Shown here piece after piece: positions 1-9,299 of a DNA stretch of 24,095 nucleotides. The notes below the pieces were generated by a model, which worked only from the letters and a program-made list of their open reading frames with translations, was not told the DNA's origin and searched no databases. Made by a program: the position numbers and the translations under genes. Where the stretch lies: the IMG/VR virus record IMGVR_UViG_3300005611_001279, positions 1 through 24,095 of that record; one strand, given 5' to 3'. Each line of letters starts with the position of its first letter. Position 1 is the stretch's first letter. Origin of the DNA: a virus. Taxonomy: Duplodnaviria > Caudoviricetes.

Positions 1-285
1 AGCGGCACCTTCTGCCACTCGGCCCCAGACTGTCTTGCGCTCACCGAAGTCCACATCCCAATCGGGCATGAAGTCTCCGGTGGCGTAGTCAAGCATGTCA
101 TAAGCGCCCTCAGCAGCCTCAGCAACGCCGCTGACGATGCCCACGCCGACATCAGCCGCCGTGTCAATGAACCCTACTTCTTCGTCCTTGGGTGCGTAAT
201 CTTCTCCGGCCTCGACGCGATACGCATTTTCGCGGCGCTTCTCGTCATCAAGAAGCTGCTGCCGAAGGATGTCTTGGTAGCTCAT
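1..285 (-). CDS. Internal virion protein (T7 gp16-like position), N-terminal fragment truncated by window edge
   Basis: Hand translation from ATG at 285 (ATGA overlap with upstream stop) gives MSYQDILRQQLLDDEKRRENAYRVEAGEDY..., open to position 1. Identity comes from synteny after the gp14/gp15-like genes only. Confidence 0.65.
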   Translation of the reverse strand, partial: MSYQDILRQQLLDDEKRRENAYRVEAGEDYAPKDEEVGFIDTAADVGVGIVSGVAEAAEGAYDMLDYATGDFMPDWDVDFGERKTVWGRVAEGAA

Positions 286-3182
286 TGGATGTAGCCCTTC
301 TCTTTCTTGAGGTCTAGCAGGCGGCGTTGTGCGCCAATGAACCCAGCGCGGGCCTCTTGAGGAATCGGGAGCAGGCTTCGGTACGGGTGACTGAAGCTGT
401 TCTCATACTCGTCGATTTCGGACTGAGACCCGAAGACCAATACGGTGCCAGGAGAGTCCAGCACCTTCTTGACAATGTAGTCCTTGTCTACATTGACCGT
501 TCGAGAAGGGTTTCGCAGGATCGCGTCATAGTGGGCCAGGAGGGTTTCCCGGTCCTTCTTGTATTCAGCCTCGCTGTAAAAGAGTTCAAAGCCGCGAACA
601 GCGTCTTTGCCAGGAAGCCCCCTCCTCACTCCGGGGTAAATCAGGCCCTTGTGGTCTGCTACGCGGGCACGGTTGGCCCGCATACGCTCAACCGCTGCGC
701 CAGGGAGGCTTGCGTCCACACTTCCAGACACAACCTCATCAACGCTGAATCCTCTAGTGGCCGCCAAGAACTCAAACGCTGCTCTAGGGGCAAGGGAGGG
801 CTGCGATGTAGCTTCCCACAAGCCGACCTGATACCGCTCACTGCGCGGCATGGGCTCAGGAGACACAGGGTCAAATGCTGAGACTTCGCCCCGATCTTGG
901 AACGGCTTGGCAGGAACCCGAGATCCAGATTCAGCACTGCGAATAGATGCGGCGACAGCGTTCTGGACATCAAGGCTGCCTCCGATGGTGTATTCGCTTG
1001 CCGTTGCCGTCTCAATCTCTGTGACTGATTTGTAGCGACCAAACCGCTCGGCAAGAGTTCCTGGGGCAGACAGGCCAAGCGACTTGAAAGCCCGCTTTTC
1101 ATCCTCGCTGCCGTAGGTCTCAAACAGGTCGCTCACCTGGTCATTGAGGTAATCGGCCAGATCAGTCTTGTATTGGCCGTAATCGGCATATTTGCCGCGA
1201 TTGGATCTGTAGAAGCTGCGAGCCTGGTCAACCAGAAGACCGCCAAGGCGGTCGGTTACGGCTGTCTGCGGCTTCTCATCAGCACCAGTCGAAACAATCG
1301 GGTCGCCAATCAGCTTCCCGAGATCGCCCTGTGAACCAACCCCGCTGAGGATGCCCCGCAAGCGGGCGTACACATCAGCTGTGACGCCGTTTGAGTCCGT
1401 GATGGCGTGGTCATTTTCCTCACGCTCTTTGGATCTTTCGATCTGACTGAGGAGGGCGTTCCTCTTGTCCTCAGACATGGCACCGTCTGCCCGCACAGCC
1501 GCCTCAGCGCCACGGAAGTCCCCCGTCTTCAGGAGGTCCATGCCGCCGCGGATTGCGTCCTCACGCCTGTTGACCTTCTGGTTGCTGGCGTCGGTGAGGA
1601 TCTTGATGTCCTCGATGTAGGTGTCAATGAGGCGCTGGGCCTCATCCATGTTGCCAGCCCGCACCGCATCAGTGACGGCAGCCTCCATGGGTCCTTTGAG
1701 TTCGCCCATGCGGAACTCCAAGGCAGACTGGTCTTGGGTGCTCAGTTCCCGCGAGGCGATCTTGAGAGCACTCTCGGCACCACTGATCTTGCTGCCCGCC
1801 AGAGTAGTCTGGACCTGGTTCCTGAGTTCGGTGTTCTCGTCACCGTAGATGTCTTCAATGGTCCTATAGGCTGCCGAGATGTCAATGCCGTGGCTTTCGG
1901 CCCGAGACAGGATCACACGCTCGGCATCTTCACGGGAGAGGTAGTCCTTGTTTGCCCTCAGGTATCCCAAGGTCTCTTCCGTGCTGGTCTCTTTCGTGAC
2001 GCTGCCCGCATTCCTCGAGTTGGTCAGAAGCGTAGACCAGTATTCCATGAGGACTCCGCGATCCTCAGGAGAGTAGTCCTGGAACACACCAGTCCCTTGG
2101 GCAAGCTCACGGCGAAGCTCCACCAACTCTTGAGCCCCAAGCGCCCCAAACTCCAGAGATGCGTCACGACGGAGCCCACGCTCCCGCTCTTGGCGCTGGT
2201 CATCACGGCGCTTCTCTGCGCGGTTCTCCGCTGCGTCCAGGCCAGCAATCAGGCGGTCTACCCGCTCGCGGTACACAGGGTCATCAGCGTAGTTGCGGTT
2301 GCCGTTGAGCCCTTTGTGGTTCAGAAGCTCACTGACGAAAGCTCCCACAGCGTCCAGGTCAGTGTCTTCGCCCCTGATCTGCTCAGACACAAACTGCTCA
2401 ATCGCCACGAAACCGTATTCGCTGGGGTTGTCGGGCAGGGGAACGCCATAAGACTGGGAGAGACTCTTCATCTTCTCCGAGAATGCCGAGAGGTTGCCGC
2501 TGGTCGGCAAAGCACCCTCCGCTTCATACCACTCTTGGATGCCGTTGCTCAGGTCCGAGGTGACTAGGCTGGCAACCCGCTCTTCCTCAAACTTGTTCAC
2601 CGCATCGGTGTAGCTGGAGGCCACTTTGCTGATGTCTCGGTCAGCGTAGGTGTTGTACCCCGTGATGAAGTCGATGTTGCTGCCCATGCCCAGCTTGGAG
2701 ACAAACTCAGACCGCTTGCGGTTGAGTTCTTCAAGGGGGTCTTTCCTGGGCAGAGGGACTCCGTTTTCGTCCACCAAGGCCCCGCCAGCGATGTTCTCAC
2801 GCAGCCAAGGGTCCAAGACCTCTTGCCGGAACCTGTCCGCTTGGTTGCGGCCCTGAATGTTGTAGAAGCCTTTGCGCCACTGCTTGCTGGCGTTCTTCGG
2901 GATGATCCCCTTCTCGACAAGCTCCTTCTCAGTCAGCCCAGTGGGGCTGTCTTCGGCAGCTGCGGCTCCAGCCAAGAACTGCTCCTCACGACGCTCCTCG
3001 AGCCCCACACGCTTCAGTGAAGCCATAGCACTCGTCAGCGACTCGGATAGAGAGGCAAAGTTGGCCGCAGGGCCAGTCACCCCTGCCCCACCAAAGCCGC
3101 CACCAGTCGGGCGGGCAAGGGGCTGGAGACGCGGGATGTTGCTAGACGGGCCTTGCTGGGGTGATTGAGGGCGAGGGGTCAT
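282..3182 (-). CDS. Internal virion (ejection) protein, T7 gp15-like
   Basis: 966 aa, charged and probably helical, with a P/G-rich N-terminus; lies after the gp13/gp14-like genes; ATGA overlap with the next gene. Confidence 0.7.
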   Translation of the reverse strand: MTPRPQSPQQGPSSNIPRLQPLARPTGGGFGGAGVTGPAANFASLSESLTSAMASLKRVGLEERREEQFLAGAAAAEDSPTGLTEKELVEKGIIPKNASKQWRKGFYNIQGRNQADRFRQEVLDPWLRENIAGGALVDENGVPLPRKDPLEELNRKRSEFVSKLGMGSNIDFITGYNTYADRDISKVASSYTDAVNKFEEERVASLVTSDLSNGIQEWYEAEGALPTSGNLSAFSEKMKSLSQSYGVPLPDNPSEYGFVAIEQFVSEQIRGEDTDLDAVGAFVSELLNHKGLNGNRNYADDPVYRERVDRLIAGLDAAENRAEKRRDDQRQERERGLRRDASLEFGALGAQELVELRRELAQGTGVFQDYSPEDRGVLMEYWSTLLTNSRNAGSVTKETSTEETLGYLRANKDYLSREDAERVILSRAESHGIDISAAYRTIEDIYGDENTELRNQVQTTLAGSKISGAESALKIASRELSTQDQSALEFRMGELKGPMEAAVTDAVRAGNMDEAQRLIDTYIEDIKILTDASNQKVNRREDAIRGGMDLLKTGDFRGAEAAVRADGAMSEDKRNALLSQIERSKEREENDHAITDSNGVTADVYARLRGILSGVGSQGDLGKLIGDPIVSTGADEKPQTAVTDRLGGLLVDQARSFYRSNRGKYADYGQYKTDLADYLNDQVSDLFETYGSEDEKRAFKSLGLSAPGTLAERFGRYKSVTEIETATASEYTIGGSLDVQNAVAASIRSAESGSRVPAKPFQDRGEVSAFDPVSPEPMPRSERYQVGLWEATSQPSLAPRAAFEFLAATRGFSVDEVVSGSVDASLPGAAVERMRANRARVADHKGLIYPGVRRGLPGKDAVRGFELFYSEAEYKKDRETLLAHYDAILRNPSRTVNVDKDYIVKKVLDSPGTVLVFGSQSEIDEYENSFSHPYRSLLPIPQEARAGFIGAQRRLLDLKKEKGYIQ

Positions 3183-3700
3183 TCTTCTAGTGCCTTCCCG
3201 GTGGCGTAACCTTGGACTCCAGCAGAACCGATGGCGAGAGCCTCAGCCAGAAGCCCTGGAGTTTGGATAGCTGGCTGCATCGCAAAGCTGGCGTCCAAGC
3301 CCGCCTTCTGTCCTTCAAGGACATCAAGACTGTTGGCAAGGTTGCGCTTGCTGATCTCAGTGCTCTGAGCGGCATCCGAGGCGATCTCGTTCAGGACCGC
3401 TTGGTAGCTGGCACCTGAACCTGATTGCATCGCCATGCTGGCGGCCTGAGAACTCATCGCACGCATGGCATCGCGCTCGATCATCTCCTGCTCTTGGGCT
3501 TGGGCGGCCTGCTCTTGCAGCTGGCGCTTAGTGAGCTCCGTCTGGCTACGGGCGGTCTCGTTCCGACCGATTTCGCGGGACTGCCGCTGCGCTTGGGCGA
3601 CCTGCCTGTTCTGAAGAACAGACATGGCGGTGCCAGCGGCAGCGATGGTTGCCATGCCCTGCGCTGATTGAATAAACGCAATCGTTGCCGGATCACACAT
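3179..3700 (-). CDS. Internal virion protein B, T7 gp14-like
   Basis: 173 aa starting MCDP, with a hydrophobic Ala/Gly N-terminus, Gln/Ala-rich helical core and Gly/Ala C-terminus; synteny. Confidence 0.75.
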   Translation of the reverse strand: MCDPATIAFIQSAQGMATIAAAGTAMSVLQNRQVAQAQRQSREIGRNETARSQTELTKRQLQEQAAQAQEQEMIERDAMRAMSSQAASMAMQSGSGASYQAVLNEIASDAAQSTEISKRNLANSLDVLEGQKAGLDASFAMQPAIQTPGLLAEALAIGSAGVQGYATGKALEE

Positions 3701-4190
3701 CAGACATCACCATCCCGAAGCTGTAGAACGAAACATCACCCACTTTGAACTTGTTGTAGAACTTGAACCCCATCCACTTGAGCCAGCGGATGTGGACTGT
3801 GTTGAACGCCGCCACACCGTTGCCGATGTGGTGGTAGCCAGCACCCAAGGAAAGCAAGACCTCCCTGCCGTGACGGAGAAGGGGCTTACGCATCTTCTTT
3901 AGGTCGTCTGTGGCGAGCATCCAGACAGCGCCAAAGATGCCTGGAGCATCCATGTCGTCCACCACACCAGCCATGAGGACGGGAGTGCCGTCGTACTCGA
4001 CCGTGATGCAGCGCCTTGAGTTGATAAGGCCGCCTCTCAGGGACTCGTAAGGCGTGGAGCCCGCCGCCATGACCTCTCTGATGTCGTCACGGCGCATGTG
4101 GTCAGAGATCCACACCACATCCCTGTGGTTAGCCTGGCGAACTACCGTCCTGCCCAGGTCCGCGCACGGGGACGGTAGTTCATCTCCCAT
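3693..4190 (-). CDS. T7 gp13-like protein (GNAT-like fold; start uncertain)
   Basis: Motifs MRRDDIREV, GAVWMLAT and N..HIRWLKWMGF are typical of this family; follows tail tubular B. Confidence 0.8.
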   Translation of the reverse strand: MGDELPSPCADLGRTVVRQANHRDVVWISDHMRRDDIREVMAAGSTPYESLRGGLINSRRCITVEYDGTPVLMAGVVDDMDAPGIFGAVWMLATDDLKKMRKPLLRHGREVLLSLGAGYHHIGNGVAAFNTVHIRWLKWMGFKFYNKFKVGDVSFYSFGMVMSDV

Positions 4191-6850
4191 TGGATGTTCT
4201 CCAGTTTGACGGGGTTACTGCTGGTGTCCCTGATCGTGATTTCAAGGTCATCCGTGGGAAGGTGGATGCCGACCTCAAGAACACCGCTCTGCGGGTCTGG
4301 GGTATCGGCCTTTGCACCGATGTCACCAGTGATGTTGTAGGGCCTGTTGAACACGCGGGCAGCCCTGTGCTTGGAGTCGATCTCCACATCAAACGGCAGA
4401 GTGTCCGTGTAGGTCAGGTCCATCTTGTTGACCAGGATTCTCTGAGCACGCTCAGGGGACTGGGTGCGCTCTGTGTTTCGGATGGCGAGCACAGGTGCGT
4501 GGAGGCCAACGGAGAAGTTGAACGGGACTCCGACCTGCAAGGTGTCTCCAGCAACATCGCCGTCAAGGTAGACGGTCGTAGAGGAGGCACCTGGGGTGGC
4601 TGAAACCACATCCTCCCAGACAGATTGAGTCTGGTTGTAGACGGCCACAGTGTCATCATCGGTCGTGCCATAAGGCAGGACGATGCTGGTCTGGTCTGTC
4701 GTGGCGTTGTAGGAGCCCGAGAAGGTCCCCGAGGAGGAGTAGTCCGCGTGGAAAGTGTCAGCGTTGTCAGGCTCGTAGTCGATGACAACAAGCTGGCTGG
4801 TGCTCGCGTCCGCAGAGGTCTTCTTCTCCGCGACGATGCGGAGGGTGTCCCCCACAAACTGTGCAAACCGCACCTTGCCGATGTTGGCTGGCAATAGCTC
4901 CCACCAAGCCTGCTGGAGCAGCTGGTTGCCTTGGCGGAAGTAGTTGTGGCAGAACAGTCGTCCGGTGTCCGTAGGGACTGCGATCATGCCCACAACGCTG
5001 CTGGCGGACAGCCCAATAGCAGGGCCTTGGATGTACCCAGGAACCGCCTCAGTGGTCTCAGCTGCGTTGTAGGAGACATCATCCTGGCGGTACATCTGCC
5101 AGACCTGATTGTGGTTAGTCCCCGATGACGCGAACACTGCCGTATTCTCGAGCACGACTGGCCGCGCTTGCTGGGACATCTCGTAGCCGCTGATGCGGTC
5201 AATCGAAATCGTCCTGGGGCTGGTGACACCGCCTCCGTTGTTGAGGCTGTATTGGACATTATCGCCAAGAACAAGAAGCTCGCGGCTGAACGGGAGAGCG
5301 TAGCGGAACTTGCCCGTGGTAGCTCCGCTGATGCTGGCGTGGATCGGGTCAGTGTCGAGCAGCTGGTTTACGCTCTTGCGGTAGAACTGGAAGTAGCTCC
5401 CAGCCTCGCTCAGGCTGATGTCCCCGTCACGGGTGATGAAGCCCAGGCGGTTGTTGTAGAAGAACATATCCTCGATGCCCTTCCTGATGCCCTTGCTGAT
5501 GTCTCCCAAGAATGCAGGCTTGGGCTGGCTATTGTCGCCACACCTCTGGTAGCCCCAAGGGTCGCCGTCGTTGATGTCGGAGACGGAGCCGTCTAGCGGA
5601 GCGTACTCGAAGTAGATTTGGTTGGCGGTTCCCGTGACGACGCCCGTAAAGTCCTGACGGCGAATCAGAAGGTGAGGCATCTTGGCCGGATCAGGGCCAA
5701 CCTTGTTGTAGGGGAAGTAGGCCGTCTCCTCCCAGACGCCCTTACCAAAGAACCCTTCAGTCGTGCGGAAGGTCACATAGTAGTCGTCTTGGTCCGAAGC
5801 CGGATTGCCCGTGACCCTTACGGTCTTGCCGTTGTGGCACACCGTGGGCAGGTCGTCAATGTAAGACACCTTGTCCGTGAAGGCGCTCACAAAGGCTTCC
5901 CCGTTGCTGTAGTGGGCTTTCAGGTTGTCTATGTTTTCCGCGATACCGTGGTTCGAACCGTCAATAGCCAGTGGCAGGACATAGGTGTCCATAACAGGCC
6001 ATGTCTGCGAGTTCGTTGAGTCGTAGTCGAAGGACTCGTTAGTAGTGGGGATGTCCAGCCCATCATCCCCTGGGAAATACATATCATCGAACAGAACAGG
6101 GTAGCTCGACCCGCCTTCGATACGCTTACGAAGCATCGAGAGCATGAGGTCGGGCCTCACATGCTGCTTATCGAGATCGTACTGCGTGTTGTACGGGACA
6201 GGAGCTTGGGGGACAACTACAGTCGCATCTACAAGCTGGCCCGAATAGCCTGATCGCTGGAACTCGATGGTCAGCTTGCTCGGCTGGCTGCTGCTTGGTG
6301 ACGCCAGCTGCTTGAGAAACACATAGCCCCAGAAAAGCGTGTCAGGGGTCGTCCCTGAGACCACATGCTCATCCGTGAACACTTTGCGGTTCAGGATCAG
6401 GGTGGTGTCGCCCAGCGTAAGGAACTCAAAGTCCTTTACAGGGTCAGGCGTAGTGAACGGTGAGGTCCCGCTGGGAGAAGCGTTGTTCAGGTAAGCCAGG
6501 TCAGTTGGAGTAACCAGGGTCCCGCCTGTAATCGACCCGCCCGTGTTCCGGGTCAGCTTGTAGACACCAAGGTTGTCTCCAGTCTGGGCGTCCATAGCCT
6601 GCACAGAGTCCGTGGTGGCGGCCAGGACATACTCCTCAACGCCGTCTTGGAAGATGCTGTGGAACTTGGCGTTGGACGGGTTGGTGGCAAACGCCCCCTT
6701 GAAGGCCGTCTTGGCCCTCTTACGCAGGCCCTCGATGATGCTGGGCTCGGCGTTGGTCTGACTCTTGGTCTGGTTGGGCTGTCGGTGGGCCTCAGCAAGA
6801 GTGCTAACCCCGCCAACAAGGTTGCCAGTTACCTGCTTGATGAGGACCAT
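4142..6850 (-). CDS. Tail tubular protein B (T7 gp12-like nozzle)
   Basis: N-terminal LIKQ..NLVGGVS...GLRKR, plus WEET..MPHLL, FFYNNRLGF, DTDPI and QQAWW; follows the gp11-like gene. Confidence 0.92.
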   Translation of the reverse strand: MVLIKQVTGNLVGGVSTLAEAHRQPNQTKSQTNAEPSIIEGLRKRAKTAFKGAFATNPSNAKFHSIFQDGVEEYVLAATTDSVQAMDAQTGDNLGVYKLTRNTGGSITGGTLVTPTDLAYLNNASPSGTSPFTTPDPVKDFEFLTLGDTTLILNRKVFTDEHVVSGTTPDTLFWGYVFLKQLASPSSSQPSKLTIEFQRSGYSGQLVDATVVVPQAPVPYNTQYDLDKQHVRPDLMLSMLRKRIEGGSSYPVLFDDMYFPGDDGLDIPTTNESFDYDSTNSQTWPVMDTYVLPLAIDGSNHGIAENIDNLKAHYSNGEAFVSAFTDKVSYIDDLPTVCHNGKTVRVTGNPASDQDDYYVTFRTTEGFFGKGVWEETAYFPYNKVGPDPAKMPHLLIRRQDFTGVVTGTANQIYFEYAPLDGSVSDINDGDPWGYQRCGDNSQPKPAFLGDISKGIRKGIEDMFFYNNRLGFITRDGDISLSEAGSYFQFYRKSVNQLLDTDPIHASISGATTGKFRYALPFSRELLVLGDNVQYSLNNGGGVTSPRTISIDRISGYEMSQQARPVVLENTAVFASSGTNHNQVWQMYRQDDVSYNAAETTEAVPGYIQGPAIGLSASSVVGMIAVPTDTGRLFCHNYFRQGNQLLQQAWWELLPANIGKVRFAQFVGDTLRIVAEKKTSADASTSQLVVIDYEPDNADTFHADYSSSGTFSGSYNATTDQTSIVLPYGTTDDDTVAVYNQTQSVWEDVVSATPGASSTTVYLDGDVAGDTLQVGVPFNFSVGLHAPVLAIRNTERTQSPERAQRILVNKMDLTYTDTLPFDVEIDSKHRAARVFNRPYNITGDIGAKADTPDPQSGVLEVGIHLPTDDLEITIRDTSSNPVKLENIQWEMNYRPRARTWAGR

Positions 6851-6853
6851 AGA

Positions 6854-7429
6854 TCAGGCTCCAAACGCTCGCCAGGTGGCGAAGTGGCTATCGGTGTTGT
6901 CGAAGATGGTGCGGTACTGCTGACCAGTCTCAGCACGCCAGAGGGAAGCCTTGGCCTCATACTCCTCCTGCTGAGTGTAGGTGTGCATAGCCTGGTCTCC
7001 GACAAGGCGATCCGCAAACAGGCGGGCGCTCTTGATCGTGATGTAGCGGCGGGCCTCTTCCGGCAGGTCTTCCCAAGGCAGCTGGAGGACAAGCTCTAGC
7101 TCAAGCGAACCATCGAAGGTGTAGCTCCGCTTCTTGAGGTCGTAGATACGCCCGTTGCGAAGCACTAGATCGGTGGAGCTAGTGGACCTAGGGAAGTGCG
7201 CCCCCAGCGTGTTGGCTGGAGCATTCAGGTAGCCCGCGTTGTCAGGGCTGAGTGTGAAGGGCTCGGTGTTCCACCGCCACCCGTGGGACTGAACAGCCCT
7301 CGAGGTTTCCTCAAGGATCTTGTCAGCCATGACCCCCGTGACATGGCCCTCATCAACAGCGGCGATGGGAGCTTCGCCAATGACCGCGAGAAGGATGTTG
7401 ACTGCGTTGAGGTAGCTAGTGCTTGCCAT
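6854..7429 (-). CDS. Tail tubular protein A (T7 gp11-like)
   Basis: LNAVNILLAVIGEAPI, VQSHGWRWNTE and LPEEARRYI..KSARLF motifs. Start moved to ATG 7429, downstream of the hairpin. Confidence 0.93.
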   Translation of the reverse strand: MASTSYLNAVNILLAVIGEAPIAAVDEGHVTGVMADKILEETSRAVQSHGWRWNTEPFTLSPDNAGYLNAPANTLGAHFPRSTSSTDLVLRNGRIYDLKKRSYTFDGSLELELVLQLPWEDLPEEARRYITIKSARLFADRLVGDQAMHTYTQQEEYEAKASLWRAETGQQYRTIFDNTDSHFATWRAFGA

Positions 7430-7445
7430 TGTATTAGGGGGAAAT

Positions 7446-7482
7446 GGGGGAGACTCTGACACACACAAACAGAGTCTCCCCC
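7446..7482 (-). terminator. Strong hairpin after the major capsid gene (T-phi-like position)
   Basis: Perfect 13-bp inverted repeat GGGGGAGACTCTG / CAGAGTCTCCCCC with an 11-nt loop. Only ATTT follows on the minus strand, so the U-tract is weak. Confidence 0.65.
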
Positions 7483-7534
7483 GCAGGAAGGAGGGTTAGA
7501 GCGATGGGGGAAGCTGCCCCTCCCCCCTGCTCAA

Positions 7535-8560
7535 TCAGACAGGCCCAGCCGCCGTCTTGCCAGAGATGTTGCTGACAATCGGGACAGAGCACTCAGGGCG
7601 AAGAACATCGGCACCGCACGCAAGGCGCGACATGACGAAGGTGCCCTGGTGGAGAGCAGAGTATTGCGTCTGGACTTCCATGTCCCAGAGCGTCACCTGA
7701 CCAACAGCCTCAGGATGCATGGCAAGAGCCTCCATCTTGATCTGAGTGGTCGGCTGGTAGCTGCCGTTCAGCTGGCCGTTCTCCGCAGTGCCCGCAGTGG
7801 CATCCCAAGGAAGGTTGTTGGAGGTCAGAAGCGTGAAGCCCGCAACACGACCGATCACGGCACGCGCATAGCTGCCGTTGTCGATGCTGTAGTCACGGTC
7901 GATCAGCTTGTTGGCCGCATCATCCTTGACGAGGCCGATCTCCCAGGCCGGGGGAACAACCAGGACGCGACCATCCATCGGCACATCACGCTCGTCCATC
8001 TTCTGCTTCGCAGCGAAGATATGGTCGAGCATGTCGCTAACGCTGAAGGTGGTTCCAGTCTGCGTGATGGTGTGTCCAGCGTAGGTGCCGGGGACCGTCG
8101 CAGCAGTGGAGCCCGCAGCATCGAACACGCGGAACAGGAGCTTGTCCCACTTGTTCGCAAGAGCTTGACCCAGCTGGTGAGCGTACTCAGACCTCACCTC
8201 ATAATGATTGAGGGCCTCATCCCATTCTGAGATGAAGACAGGAGCCACAAGCGGGTAGTCCACCTTGATGATCTTCTCGGCGTGCTCGATCTCTTGCATC
8301 AGACCGTTGGTCGGATCAGAGATGTCGCTACCAGGCTGGTGGTAGCCAGCCGCGGCAGTGCCGATGATCGGGAACTGGGCCTCTTTCGCGCCGCTCAGAC
8401 GGCGGGTACGGACGAGATCCTTGAGCACCTGTTTCCGGTCGAAGACCTCGAGGACTTCCCCGGAAAACACCTTCAGCATGAGCGCCTGGTTGGCGGGATC
8501 ATACCAGTTGGTTGCTGCCCCCCCGGATGCACCGAGACGGCTACTAGTCGTGTTGACCAT
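7535..8560 (-). CDS. Major capsid protein (T7 gp10-like)
   Basis: ALMLKVFSGEV, R.LSGAKEAQFP.IG, HYEVRSEY..QLGQALA..WD and G.DVLRPEC motifs; AAGGAG SD upstream. Confidence 0.96.
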   Translation of the reverse strand: MVNTTSSRLGASGGAATNWYDPANQALMLKVFSGEVLEVFDRKQVLKDLVRTRRLSGAKEAQFPIIGTAAAGYHQPGSDISDPTNGLMQEIEHAEKIIKVDYPLVAPVFISEWDEALNHYEVRSEYAHQLGQALANKWDKLLFRVFDAAGSTAATVPGTYAGHTITQTGTTFSVSDMLDHIFAAKQKMDERDVPMDGRVLVVPPAWEIGLVKDDAANKLIDRDYSIDNGSYARAVIGRVAGFTLLTSNNLPWDATAGTAENGQLNGSYQPTTQIKMEALAMHPEAVGQVTLWDMEVQTQYSALHQGTFVMSRLACGADVLRPECSVPIVSNISGKTAAGPV

Positions 8561-8661
8561 TAGAAAAGCTGCTCCTTAGCAGCAAAGAGAAAGAAACGAA
8601 ACAAAGGGTAACAGCCTCAGCTTCTCACTCCCTGGTTATCCCGCGCACGGGGCCAGCAGCT
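8561..8661 (-). promoter_or_regulatory. Structured 5' leader of the capsid gene (bulged UGCG hairpin, pyrimidine tract, SD-containing hairpin)
   Basis: Minus strand CTGG-C-CCCG-TGCG-CGGG-ATAA-CCAG (8656..8632); a U-rich tract; GCTGCT-AAGG-AGCAGC (8583..8568) enclosing the SD. Confidence 0.55.
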
Positions 8662-8689
8662 ACAGCGCATTGGCGTGTAAGGTTGCCCT

Positions 8690-8941
8690 CTACCACTTCT
8701 TGCAGGACCAATACCTTGCAGTCAGTTTCGAGGGCGGATTAGAGTCGCACTTGTGGCGAGCCCGGAAGCTCTTGCGGCGGCCTGGCTGGTCCTTCTTGAT
8801 CGACATATTGGGGTCGCCGAACCGGACCAGCTTCACCTTGTTGCCATCCTTAGCCAGGACGGCAAACTTCTTAGACTTGCCTGGCGTGCGCTTGGGCTTG
8901 TTGTAGCCGCTGAAACGCTCGCCACGGTACTCAATAGCCAT
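8690..8941 (-). CDS. Small highly basic phage protein
   Basis: 83 aa, K/R-rich, with KLVRFGDP..RRKSFRARHKC...YWSC..W, a pattern I recognise from aquatic phage hypothetical proteins; TGATG overlap with the upstream gene. Confidence 0.75.
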   Translation of the reverse strand: MAIEYRGERFSGYNKPKRTPGKSKKFAVLAKDGNKVKLVRFGDPNMSIKKDQPGRRKSFRARHKCDSNPPSKLTARYWSCKKW

Positions 8942-9294
8942 CAGTGCTTAGACAGGTAGACCGTGATGTAGCCAGTAGCCGCCGCGGACTCGGCGGTCTT
9001 GACTTTGATCTTGCAGGTCTTGGCAGTGATGTGCTTACCCTGCGTGTTGAACTCGCGCAGGGTCTCGTCAATGAAAGTTATCACCGACAGGGACGATCCC
9101 GTCGAGTAGGTCTTAGCGATGTCGTAGTTGCGACCGTTGCTTGAGACCTGAAGCTGGATGTAGCAAGCACTAGGACTCCCCGTCGCGTAGTCAAGACCGA
9201 AGGAGATGTAGTTGTACCCTTGAGTGCTGAACTCAAACTCCGAAGAGGTGCTCGTAAGGTCCAGCAGAGGGGAGACTAGATACTTGGTATCCAT
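8941..9294 (-). CDS. Hypothetical beta-rich protein, possible capsid decoration
   Basis: 117 aa, S/T/Y-rich with alternating hydrophobic residues and a LQVSSNG motif; packs between its neighbours. Confidence 0.65.
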   Translation of the reverse strand: MDTKYLVSPLLDLTSTSSEFEFSTQGYNYISFGLDYATGSPSACYIQLQVSSNGRNYDIAKTYSTGSSLSVITFIDETLREFNTQGKHITAKTCKIKVKTAESAAATGYITVYLSKH

Positions 9295-9299
9295 TGGGG

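Noticed and set aside
1407-2567. 386-aa plus-strand ORF and the many other plus-strand ORFs (e.g. 18137-18973, 19942-20649)
   Set aside because: All lie antisense to well-supported minus-strand genes and have no family signatures.
7430-7468. Longer upstream starts in the ORF track (gp11-like here; likewise exonuclease, DNA pol, queC, queE, dpdA, resolvase, HTH)
   Set aside because: The extensions run through hairpins or upstream genes; downstream starts fit SD sites, overlap coupling and family N-termini better.
7535-7600. T7 gp10B-like programmed frameshift at the capsid 3' end
   Set aside because: No clear slippery sequence, and little room for an extension before the hairpin.
8662-8689. 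Phage RNAP promoter consensus (CTTACAC shared with the DNA polymerase upstream region)
   Set aside because: Only a 7-nt match at two sites. I found no repeated ~20-bp T7-style promoter by eye; a motif search is needed.
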